Both the position numbers and the translations under genes were made by a program. A stretch of DNA of 63,284 nucleotides, the filler included, from Octopus bimaculoides (Eukaryota): the NCBI RefSeq assembly GCF_001194135.2. It is 3 parts of 3 records of this genome, joined end to end, with 100 filler letters (N's around TTAATTAATTAA, not from the genome) between each part and the next. Parts side by side here need not be neighbours in the genome. Positions count along the whole stretch, not along the records: positions 1 to 31,615 come from NC_068982.1; 2 more parts are not named here. One strand, given 5' to 3'. Positions within the stretch are counted from its first letter, which is position 1. Each line of letters begins with the position of its first letter. Of the stretch, positions 14,561-26,600 are shown piece by piece. A model generated the notes under the pieces. It was not told the DNA's origin. It saw nothing but the letters and a program-made list of their open reading frames with translations, and did no database searches.

Positions 14561-15144
14561 TTATGTTGGGTTCATCATCACACTGTACCAATTATTGATT
14601 TTACTGGAAACATTAGATAAACTTTTGCGGGTTATATTACTTGCTTTGCTGCGCAAACGTGCATTATTCTGAATGTTCTTTAAGCCCTCTTGTCTTTTAT
14701 TCCGTTTATGACTTCTATCTTCTATAACAATAAAATGTTTATTTAACCATGTATTTTTAGTTACTAACAATCTCAAATGACGTGATGTGAATTATTCGTA
14801 GCGTATTGCAGATACAGTCTTTTAATCTATACTGATGTTTAAAAGATGACTCTCTATGAAGCTGCCACAGGCACAAGTTACATGTATCAAATCGTCTTTG
14901 AATAGAAGAGCACACACAGTGCAACACAATATGCTTTCTTCTCTTATATCATCAATCTTCTGACATATCTCTACGTGATTCTAATACTAGCCTTCGTGTA
15001 GCTATGTGTTTTTCACCGTTCATAAATATCTCCCATCTTATGTAAGTTAAATTTCCTGCAGTAATTTGTACATCATTGTTATTGGTAAAGTTGTTCTTCT
15101 AATCATTATCATTAATACTTTTAATATGAATATTAGCTAGATTG

Positions 15145-15345
15145 TGAGAAGGCAGAATCGTTGGCATGCTGAGCAGCATTTCCTCCTTCTTCACGTTCCG
15201 AGTTCAAATTCCACAGAATTCGACTTTGCCTTTCATCCCTTTCGCTGTCAATAGAATAAGCAAGTGTTGAGCACTGGGGTAGGTGTAATCGACTTACCCC
15301 ACCACTCGAAATTGCTTGTCTTGTGCCAAAAATTGAAACCAATAC
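15145..15345 (+). mobile_element. tRNA-derived SINE, family A
   Basis: ggcagaatcgttgg A-box, gagttcaaattcc B-box, cgactttgcctttcatcc body, ttgtgccaaaaattgaaacc tail. Confidence 0.85.
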
Positions 15346-15982
15346 GGGTATCAATTGGCGTTTTCGTTCTTCGGTTAAAGATGTGATTAAAGAATATTCC
15401 TTTTTGCTTTTTCTTGTATTTTGTGAGGGTCATTATGCCAGTAATAATAAACATATCTAATGGTTCTATTCCACTCCCCGGAGCAGAGGAGGCATATCAT
15501 CTATGAGGTCGCGAATGGCGACGAAGGACTCGGACGGACATAGATGGTTGATTAGTTGACCGAACGCTTAGTCCAAAAATCGACTGGTTGATTGGCTAAT
15601 TGGTTAACTAGTTGAATAATAATACTAAAAGAAGGAAAAAATCCAGTACATGTGTTTATTATTGACATAGTGACACTCGCAAGTTACGGCAAAATCTATT
15701 TCAAAATATAATTTGACATCCAGGGTATTGCAAACGAAATGCGAAATCGGAGTGTTAACTATACTTATAGTCCTATTAGTTACGGCGCATGTAAACAATA
15801 TGTAATCCATACACAATATGCTCTTGGAAAGAAAAAGAGAAGCTGTTCATATATATCATATCATATTGTACACCCCAACCCATATACATGTGTGTGTCTC
15901 TGTGTTTATATGTACATGCGTGCTGTTATGCTTATATATATATATACACATTTGGCACATGTATACACGCGTATGTCTCTCA

Positions 15983-16323
15983 TTTTTCACTTGTGTCACT
16001 CATTAGACTACAGCCATGGTTTAGTCGAACAAATCGACTTAACTATTTATGCGTTATTCCACGCTTGGTACTTAATCTATCGGATACGTTTGAAAAGTGG
16101 TGTTGGGACACTCACAAACATATACATATATTCATACACGTACACACACACCTACTCACACACACACGGACATTATACGATTTTCAATTTCAGTTTCTAG
16201 CAAATCCACTAAGAAACCTCTGGTCGGCCCAGAGCTATAGCAGATGACACTATTTTCAAGGTACCACAAATTGGGGCTGAACACCAAACCATATGGTTGA
16301 GAATCTAACACAACTCAGTCATG
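15983..16323 (-). mobile_element. tRNA-derived SINE, family B, with internal (GT/TA)n tract
   Basis: Head at 16190-16323 is homologous to 34255-34410 and 50056-50200; CA-rich middle; 3' half (gtcgaacaaatcgac...ggtacttaatctatcgg) is homologous to 58535-58745. Confidence 0.7.
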
Positions 16324-16345
16324 CTTCTATACATACATACATACA

Positions 16346-16378
<33 letters not shown>

Positions 16379-17199
16379 CTATGTATATATATATATATAT
16401 ATANNNNNNNNNNNNNNNNNNNNNNNNNNNNNNNNNNNNNNNNNNNNNNNNNNNNNNNNNNNNNNNNNNNNNNNNNNNNNNNNNNNNNNNNNNNNNNNNN
16501 NNNNNNNNNNNNNNNNNNNNNNNNNNNNNNNNNNNNNNNNNNNNNNNNNNNNNNNNNNNNNNNNNNNNNNNNNNNNNNNNNNNNNNNNNNNNNNNNNNNN
16601 NNNNNNNNNNNNNNNNNNNNNNNNNNNNNNNNNNNNNNNNNNNNNNNNNNNNNNNNNNNNNNNNNNNNNNNNNNNNNNNNNNNNNNNNNNNNNNNNNNNN
16701 NNNNNNNNNNNNNNNNNNNNNNNNNNNNNNNNNNNNNNNNNNNNNNNNNNNNNNNNNNNNNNNNNNNNNNNNNNNNNNNNNNNNNNNNNNNNNNNNNNNN
16801 NNNNNNNNNNNNNNNNNNNNNNNNNNNNNNNNNNNNNNNNNTATATATATATACGCATATACATATATATATGTATATATAAATGGGGCTGGGCGTAAAT
16901 GTGTGTGCGTGCGTGTATGATAGTCTGATTGTCCTATCGAAAGCTATGCCCCAAATTTTAGCTTTTCTTTTTAGTAATGATTTTTCCATCTATTTTCTAT
17001 CTGACCTTTTTGCAATAATAAATTTCCATCACTGTTTCAAGGCTTTCGTAGATACATTCTGGAGAAATTGTTGTGATTGCAGTTATTATTCTATTTCATT
17101 GTAGGAAATTATCATGGCAACAGACGTGTGTCCTTCTATCATTGGTTTCTAAGTGACATTTCTGACCATCGACCTTATATATTCTTTAACATTCTGTCT

Positions 17200-17320
17200 G
17201 TATTGATTGGCATTACCTTTGTAACTAAGTAGTAGGCAATCGGCTTTCAGTTTTATGTTGTATTTCTCTATTTATATGGCTTCAATAACTACTCTTCTAG
17301 ATGTTTTTTTTCGTTTGTAA
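17200..17320 (-). mobile_element. possible Penelope-like GIY-YIG endonuclease C-terminal remnant
   Basis: Minus-strand KTSRRVVIEAI*IEKYNIKLK resembles the R..L.I.EA..I....P.LN end of GIY-YIG domains; short and contains a stop. Confidence 0.3.
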
Positions 17321-17323
17321 TAT

Positions 17324-17391
<68 letters not shown>

Positions 17392-17539
17392 CAATTCTGT
17401 TATCAACATGAATTTTCTATTATATTTGTTGTTTAGTTATTGATTAGTCCTTGCTCAGCTCTGATAAATAAGACCGATGATCAAATGCAATCCAGCCAGG
17501 AACATCACATGATATATTCAGGAATTGTGTAAGAATCAT

Positions 17540-19450
17540 CAATTGCAAGTATTTTTTTTCTGTCTTTCTGTTGACTTAACGTATGAAGATCAGGCTGGAG
17601 CTTCGTACGGCCTTCTCTACTGAAAATTCTTTTAAGCTTGGAGTCATCTGCGAATATTTTTTTATTTTGCTGAGCTTAAGTGGATTCAATCAATTACATG
17701 GTACGGTCTCTTTACTGGAAAATACCAATCCAGTGCGGTAGTATATAATAGATTTCAGTATTTGAGAATTAAGCGTAGGATTTTGTGGTCGATTGTGTTG
17801 ACGGTGTTGGTGAATTTAAGATATATATTAGCAGTGTTCCAGCTCAATTCTAAAGCGCTACGTACATCATCTAAGTAATGTAAAAGCTGTGTTAATCTAC
17901 CTATCTTTATCGTAAGAAAAATATGCTGGTTGGAATTTAGGAGACTGTTACCCTCCAGGAAGCCAAATTTTCTTGAACCCACAACTTCAAACATTTTGAT
18001 TCTATGGGATATGAGTAAGATTGGACGATGTGTTAGTTGCAAGTTACCTGTTATAAAGACTGGATTGACAGCATGAGATATAAAATATTTGGGAATATAA
18101 CCCAAGTCTCAAGATTTTCTCCAAGGGACACAAGTTGGAATCTCCATCCCTTTAGGTCACTACTAGTATATTAATTGGGAAGCTTTTATTAAGTCTTTAA
18201 TCTACCTCATAATTGTTTTATCCTCTCATGCGTGTCGACTTCCATTTGTACTGGTGAGTCTTCTTGAGGCGTGTTTTGAACATGTATAGTTGAGAACGTC
18301 CTCAAATTTTCGAGTCAGAGTGTTTGTTAGTATTAGGTCTTATTGGGTCAAGTGCATGTTGAAATGGGAAAGATTTATCCATAAAGTGAAATAATCCTGT
18401 TGATGCCTTGATTGGTGCTGAGTTGCAGTTACTTACTATAGCGACCAACATGGCTATGTCTCTATATGACTTTGCTATATAGTGACACAGATTTACTATG
18501 GCCATTAGAAAATATACCCTTGGCATCCATGGCTGTTCCTACTTTATCTTTATTTCGGACAGTGCGATCTTCACAGATGATGGTGAAAACTTTGATTTCA
18601 GTTTGGTGTCCATGTCAGAGCTATTTGAGGTGAGTGTCTGTGAGAATGAAGAAAGAAGTGCAGTGTGTCATTTCAGGGAGTCAATTCTCGATACGGAATC
18701 TTCCATTTTTGAGTATTGAGTGATGGAATGATGCCTTGTACATTTAATAAGAATGTCAAAACAGACGGTGGCTAAAAGCGTTGGTTTATGTATTTTATTG
18801 TTCAATAGAAACACTGGGGACACTTTGTGTACGGAGTTGATTGTGGGAAGTGATGCTTTGGTTCAAAAAGGATGTTTCTTCCAAGACAGAGGCAGCCGAT
18901 ACACTGTTGAATTTGAAGGCTTAAGCGAACATTCATATTTTCCAGCGAAGTCAGTAAACAGAGAATTATCTGTTTGGTTAGCCTTTAGTGCAAGTCCTAT
19001 ACTGTGCTTATTTATTTTTTTTAGATTTAAAGTTTTGTCATAGTTTCTTTTACTAGATTATATTCATTAGTGGTCAGCGGTGAGAGTCGGTGAGGTGTTC
19101 GTGGCTGCATTTTTTTCGTTACATTTCGGTATTGCTGTTACTTGTCATTCGTTGTGTACCTTTTAGATGGTGGTTGTTGCATTCCGTGTTGAGGCATATC
19201 CTTAGTGACAGAGAATTCACACCCGTTGCATTTTCTGTACCCGTATTTGGGGTCAAAGCCATGGAATCTGTAATGAAGACAGTGAGGATGGGGACGGTCT
19301 TTTCCCGTTAAACCTTTATAAGTTTACAGCATAAGGGAGGATGAGAGAAAGGACAGTGACCTTTATTGTTGCAGGCGATGGCTCCAATTTTAAAGATGAT
19401 TGAAAGTGATATCGGAAGGTTTCTTTCAAGTGGAAGACATTGTGCTTTTA
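17540..19450 (-). mobile_element. decayed, internally deleted CR1/L2-like LINE (ORF1 with CCCH-like fingers, APE endonuclease, RT)
   Basis: Minus-strand motifs occur in order. ORF1: GHCPFSHPPLCCK, KCNGCEFS, SLRICLNTECNNHHLKGTQR (~19150-19420). Endonuclease: FFILTDTHLK...FTIICEDRTVRNKDKVG (~18540-18660). RT: RPILLISHRIKMFE, FLEGNSLLNSNQH, LTQLLHYLDDV, IYLKFTNTVNTIDHKIL, and KIFADDSKL (~17640-17660). Many stops and frameshifts. Confidence 0.85.
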
Positions 19451-19550
19451 TTTCGGTATGTTAGATTCAAAGCAAATCGTTGGTCAGTGTTGTTGATGTA
19501 GAAGTAATAATAGTAGTAGTAGCAGTAGCAGTGGCTGTAGTAGTAGTAGT

Positions 19551-19595
<45 letters not shown>

Positions 19596-19659
19596 CAGTG
19601 GGTAATCTATAACTAAACAGGCCTATAGTCAAAATGATTATTGCAGCGGTGATCATCCC

Positions 19660-20370
19660 ACCTGTTTTCGTGACAGTCTATCCAATGTGTTCTCTTTTAA
19701 TAAACACTAGCGAGAGAGGAAGAAATTTAGCAATTTTTTCAAACTGTTTTAATGATAAGTGCTGTCTCTATCAGAATTTTATAGAGATACAGTTCCAATT
19801 GTCCGCCACATCGTAGAACTTTGAATAACTCATTAACACCTAATTCAGTGATGTATGCAATTTCATCACAGATGATTCGATTAGAACCAGTAAGCTCAAG
19901 TAAAATTCAGAGTCAACTACTGCTTCTACATCAGTGATGGTGTTGCTTCCACATATACACGTATCGTAGGCTATATTAATCTAAATTGTAATCCTACTTA
20001 TGCAAGAAGCTGATAACCCACTAAAGTCCACACTTGGCTGCATTCTCAGTCAGTCTTTTTAACCACTACTGCTTCTATAGTTGCTAGTATCCGCTAGAGT
20101 TACTTAATTTTAAGGCAACTCCAAATAAGCATGATCTCAGAATATATATTGTGTCTATCCATTCAAAGCCCTATAGTAATTACACCACCCCATATTTCTT
20201 CCCCAGAGCATCAACCCTTTGAAATTCTCTTCCTATTCATGTTGTTATTGTTATTGAACACCAGATCAGTCCTGAGTGATCAGATCAATAATCAAAGTCA
20301 TTATAGCCATGGCTATCCTGTCTGTGTTTAAGGTACAATTTATCCAAAGCTAAAGATTCTTGGATACTTA
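19660..20370 (-). pseudogene. decayed, intronless F-box/leucine-rich-repeat (FBXL, possibly FBXL17-like) retrocopy
   Basis: Frameshifted minus-strand peptides: PRIFSF (F-box-like), NMGWCN, ILRSC, LKRLTENAAK, VDFSG, SLRYVYM/CGSNTITDVEAVV, ELTGSNRII..EIAYITELGVNELFKVLRCGGQLELYLYKI. These read as cysteine-containing LRR units with multiple stops. The family resemblance is from memory. Confidence 0.4.
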
Positions 20371-22421
20371 TGTTTCTTATTTTATAACAAAAGTGACGAA
20401 AAAGACTAGGCTGCTTTCTCGTAGCAGCCAAATCCTCGTGCAGCTGTCAACTTTCAACTGTTCAAGGAGTACATTCATCGTATCAATTTTACATGTCTAG
20501 GAGATCCTACGAAACCATGGTGACTTTTCCTTCCACCTCATCAAATCATTGAAAATATTCAGTCTGTTCTTTTCTTTTGACCTTTGCCGTTAAGTCGCAA
20601 CCATGGCGAATATACTACAGCAGAATTACTTTTGCCAAGGAGACTTTTTCCTTGGCTAGATACATGCAGGTGAAGATTTTCAAAAATATTTATTACACCA
20701 GACAATTTTATGTCTAACTTTGAATACAAATAAACTTACTGGTCATATTTTAATGTGAAATAGTTTTATATCTCTTTGGAGTCTTTATAATTGTAAAAGT
20801 TATGTAGATGTCTGAATGATTCGGAAAACGAACAAGGTTTGAATTATTGTTAGTTCTATAATTTCAGAAAGAAATATAATCTATTTGCAATAATTAATAT
20901 GTTTACCAGTAATGAATGATTACAAGGAAATCAACACTGAAGAGTCTACACTAAGTTGATTTACTTCCAATTAGGTAGGTTAGATATGCAATTAATACAT
21001 TAAGTGAAGGATTATGGACCGATATTTTTCATATAAAACAATATAATCTCATTCATGACATATTGACATGAAAATTATTAAACCGAGGAGATAAGAATCA
21101 CCACTCTCATAATTATCAAATATCCTTAGTGAAGTATAGGGTCATCAGAATTTTTAACTCTTTCTCTCTCTCTCTCTCACACACACACACGCACACAACA
21201 CTCATATATGTATATATGCGAGTGAGCGTGTGTGTATTAGAAGATTGAAATAAAAAGAGAACCAAAATTAAACTGTGACGAATTGTAAGATATTGCGAAA
21301 ACACGAATATCAAATATTTCCTACTGTACAACAAACTGCAAGCCTGTAAGACTGCCAGTTAATGAACCACATATGACTAATGTAATTCCTATAATTGAGA
21401 TGTAAACATGGAAAATGTAAACTATTTGACTGACCTTAACTGCCACATTAAACACACAATTGGTACACTTTCTAGGTGACTGACCATGCAACTACAAGGA
21501 ACATTTGTAACATCATAAAATACATAACGCAAAATTATACGAGAAACGATCGAATGAAGTAAACTGTATGTGGTCACTAGACCTGCTAAAACAAATATCA
21601 ATTACTAAGGAACGCGATATTTAATAGACAGGGAAGTAGTAAATCGACATGGCGTAAGGCTTTCAAACAAACGCAGCTTACTGATACGACGCCAGTAGTG
21701 TGTTCAATTAATGTTTGGTTATACTTAGTGAGATGTTTGTTGAAACAATTGGTTTATCTAACTTTATTTGGCTATAATTATGTAACGAGCCTGCTTAGTA
21801 ACATCACCACCCAGTCGCTCAAAACAGTTCAAAGATATAAAAAGAAAATATATATTCGCGGTCGAGATTCAACAATTTTTTTTACACGAAAACTACAATA
21901 TCATTTATTTGTTTATTTATATTTTTATTTGCTTATTCATTTATGTTACTTGATATCTGTTTAGAAATGTGCTGTTTATATGACTATCAATTTTGATTTA
22001 AAATGTATAATTAAAAAAGAGAAGTAAAAACTATCATGTCAAATTCAAACTGAATAATAAGGCTTCAATATGAAGATTTATGATTTTTCTTGCGCCGGAA
22101 AAAAATCTGTGGACATTAATAAAATTACTTTTAATTCGCATTTACAGAAGATGTAAAAAAAAAAAAAGGACATAAACCACTATGACAACAATTTCCCTTC
22201 TTAATTGTAGGTAGTTAAATTTGTATTTTATTTGTGCGTGTGCGAAAATATATATCTGTATGTGTAGATTACGTACACACGCACACACACAAATAAATAA
22301 ATAAATAAACGCACACAGGTGCGCACACACATATATGTATAAATATATACATATACGTGCAAATATAAATATTTGTATACACATATATACACGCACACAC
22401 ACACACATACATACATACATG

Positions 22422-22473
<52 letters not shown>

Positions 22474-23010
22474 CACTAATAGAAAAAGGGAGAAAGAGAG
22501 AGAGGGAGAGAATTAGCGTCTGTACATAAACGTGTGTACGTATATGTGAATAACAAGATGTGCATAAATATGTGTGTATTCATATATTAACGGCTGTTTG
22601 AATAAATCAAAGACTTGTCTTAGTCACAATAAAATATTAGCTATGATGACCAAGATATAATTGCTATAAACTTATTAGCACAGAAAAATAAATTACTAAT
22701 TCCCGGTCTAATGTGGTAGAAAATGACTTGTTTATGGTAAAGGGATTCCGCTTCATTTATCATTATCGTATTTTCTTAAATAAGAGAAAATTTATTTCGT
22801 ATTTCCATCTTAACAGAAAAATAATCTTCACTATTGCTGCCTTTCTCAGTGTTCTTTCTCATGAGAAGATATTGAGAAATGTGCAGCGTCATCTACCAAT
22901 GATGCTTACTGTTTACTAAAGAAACAATGTTTACTACATAAGTCATGTAATATTTTACTTTTTAATATTTATATATCAGCTAGTCGCTGCGTATATGGTT
23001 TCTAGCAGTT

Positions 23011-23470
23011 AACTATCGTCCAGTCTCATTTGCCTCACATATCATCAAAGTGTTTGGAAGGGTGTTGAGACCAATGATAACTGGCTTCTTGGGGAATCAC
23101 AATCTTCTAAATTTCAATCAGCATGGCATTCGCTGAGGCAGAGGAGACTGCCTAACACAACATTTACATCCTATCGATAATGTCCTTAAGATTTTGGAAA
23201 CAGGTTTGAATTCTGATGTTATATATCTTGACTTCAGCAAAGCCTTCGACAGAGTCGACATCCTCCTGTTAAAATTGCCTAATATAGGAATCCCTGGAGA
23301 ACTGTTGAGCTGTACAGAGTATTTACTGGTGAAGACAGCCCAGTAATGTGATCAATGGAATCCACCCAAGCCCGGCAAATGTCACCACCGGTGCTCCCTC
23401 TACAGATTGTTTTGGGCCCACTTCTAATACTTTATGTAAACGACATCTGAAGCGTCACCAAGCACGTATC
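23011..23470 (+). mobile_element. CR1/L2-like LINE reverse transcriptase fragment
   Basis: NYRPVSFASHIIKVFGRVL...LLNFNQHGIR*...CLTQHLH...DVIYLDFSKAFDRVD...GAP...VLGPLLILYVNDI; contains stops and frameshifts. Confidence 0.92.
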
Positions 23471-23636
23471 TAAGTTGTAACCAAGTTTTATATTCTAAAA
23501 CACCATATGCCTTAAACTGTTCGGATCATGGTCTATATTGTTTAAAGGAACATTTAGCTTGTTATGTATGAAATTATATTCAGGAAATGCTTAGAGGCAA
23601 ACCATGATATAACTGTTTTCTATACTTATACATATA

Positions 23637-23669
<33 letters not shown>

Positions 23670-26600
23670 GCATGCATGCATACATACATATAAACGTAAA
23701 TATACAAATGCATTGAGACGTACCCATATACGCACATATTTAAAGTTGTATATATGTGTGCTTATATAAAAATTGACATCTTGTGTAGTCAGTACTAGCG
23801 CTTATTTGACACTCTTACCTTTTCCCACATTTAGTAATTATCTATAGCATTTCACTATTTCATAATATTTTAATCTGCTGTTATTTATAAGTCTGGTTGA
23901 TAAAAGTGCTAATTTTGATTTTTACCTTTCCAGAGACCGTTTGAACCTGCTTCCATTTCAAAAGGTACACTGACGTAGAGACATGTAAACACATTGGAAC
24001 TCATACAAACAAGGACACGCGAATACATATATGCATATAATCACATACATATATTTAATAAGCTTCGTACAACTTTGTTTTATTTTCACCATCTATTGCG
24101 TGAATCATCTGTAGAATAATGTATATAAACATATTTCCATGATAAACAAACTCCGCTCTTTAGCTCAAGAATGTGACAGCCATTATTTTCCTTCGCAAAA
24201 CCTTGTGATACTAAAAATTCATATGTAAGCTAAAAGATATGTAAGGTAATTTTATTCTTCAGTTAATGTGATACGACACACCATAATTATGAAGTACATG
24301 TCAAGTTTGAATTTGAGTGATTGTCTTCAAGTAAGAAGCTCAAAGTTTTTAATCTATATGAAATTCTCCATTTGAGATGTATACGTTCATGGCTGTAGAA
24401 GAATTCTAACTAGAATTAAAGTGTCTGCTGCTATAATTATTTCTTAATGGTTCAATTTCTTTCTGCTCAGCCTATACGATTTTAGCTGATCTAATTATCT
24501 TACCCACGAATTGAAAACAAACATCGAAATTAAAATGTATGCGTCTGTGGAATCTAATAAAAATTCAAATGAAAGAGACAAAGACACCTTACACTTATAA
24601 AAGTGCCTATAAAAACAGATTTCATACTTCTTGACGTATAAAAGAAAATATTCTTGGCAGTGTTAGAAAAGGGAGTATAGCTGCAGCAGCATAAGAGACA
24701 GGTTATCACTTATATTTTTATAGAGCCATTAACCCGTATGACCTTATAATGCATAATAATTCCTAATATTGCAAGTATTCTAGAATGTATGTAAAAATAG
24801 AAGTTGCCAGTTCCATAATAACTTTTATATTCCAAGACCTTTCAAGACCCTTTTAAGAATTGTGCATACGAAGAGGAGGTTATGTCGGATAGTTAGAAAT
24901 AGCGTGGCTAAGATACCCAAATAAACATAAACATCTAATTTAGAAAAACAAGCATTTTAACTGAGCTCTTTTCACAATAACGCAAAAAAAAACAATTGCC
25001 GTTAATACATAGATATGTAAAACGACAAATATAACTTGCAATTAATGAGAAATCAAATCTTTTATAAACTATAGAAATAATCAAGTTTAGAAATTAATTA
25101 GCACTTTTAAGACTTTAGAAATATTTAATGAGTCCTTTTAGATGTACTTGCACAAATTAGTTACATTTAATCAAGAAATCAATTTTAATGAACTACGAAA
25201 GTAACCACATTAAGTAAATAAAACACCCACTCCCCTAATTAATTTAACATAGCAATCGTATAGAACACAACTATAATAATTTCACATCAATACCAGGCTA
25301 TTTGAAATATAAATCATTCATAACATTGACCAATAGGAGTGAGCAACCAGAGAGCCTCTCTTCTTACGTAGTCAGTCGACCGGCTAAAAATTAACCAAGT
25401 CTTCCTCACGTAGCACCAGGCTATTTTCCAAGCATAAACAAATAAAATCAATAAAAATTAAAAAAATAAACTCTGAGAGATACGTTAACGTAGACATAGA
25501 GAAATCCATGGGATGGTCATAGCTGGAATATCATTGATCATAGGTCTGATTGATAATGGCCGACTTATAATTAAACAACAACAACAATAACAACAACAAC
25601 AAAGATTAACTTCTGAAGGTAATCCGTCCTTTAGTTGCATTCTTTTGCTCATCTTACGAAGTAAACTGTAGGAAGAAGTCACTAGCTAATATTCCTTAGT
25701 ATATTCATTCAGTTATTTACTTTCACACTAACTTTCACAGAGGGACGAAGTACCTGTCCACATTATGGAAACGCTCTACTATCAACCTAGGCCGCATCTA
25801 TGAAATCCTGGTAACCCGAAAAATTTACACGCATTGTATAGCTTACACCAGTGAATAAATTCTGGTATATTTATTTCTATATTGACAAACGGCGGTCCTG
25901 TATTTCTGTGAATAAAATAATGGTTTCAGATAAGTGCGCGTTTATTAACGTTAATGTTTACTATTCTTATAACTGTTGCTTATTTTTTCTGCCTTGCTGT
26001 TGGTTTTGCTTTGTTGTTGCTGATAGTGGTCACGTTGCCGTCACAACTCCTTTGGCTGCAGGCGGCAATTGTAGTTCAGGTATTGTTGTTGTTGATGATG
26101 GTGATAGAGTATCCTGGTAGGGGAGTGGTGATGATTGTCATTAAACCTGTCCTTGTTGGTTGCAGTTATAATAATGTTGGCGCCGAAAAAGTCTTTCACT
26201 TCTACTGCTAGGCTGTACAGATGTTGAAAAGGGCAGCGATGGTGGTCTCATTGACATATCGCTCACGTCGTTTAAACACTCCTCTCTCCACCTTTTCTCA
26301 CTATTCCAAAATGTATTCAATTCTGAATTTGCTACCTGCATCTGTTATTTTTTCCTCGGAGCTTTTACTCTGCTTTCCCAGGTTGCAATAAATAAATAAC
26401 TAAATAACAATAATTTTAGCAAACTTTGCAGAATGATGAGACAACATGGCTCGCAGACTTCATGCAACAACAACAACAATGATAATATTGAAAATGATGA
26501 TTGTGATGATAAATTAATTTGCTACGGGAACCATTTGTACGTACAATGAACGGATTTCAAGAGTACTACAAAACATATAAAACAATTTGTCTCCATCCTT

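Noticed and set aside
15455-15545. GC-rich stretch containing gcgaatgg, recalling HDV-like ribozymes
   Set aside because: No P1/P2/P3 pairing partners could be found; only a small gtcgc/gcgac hairpin is present.
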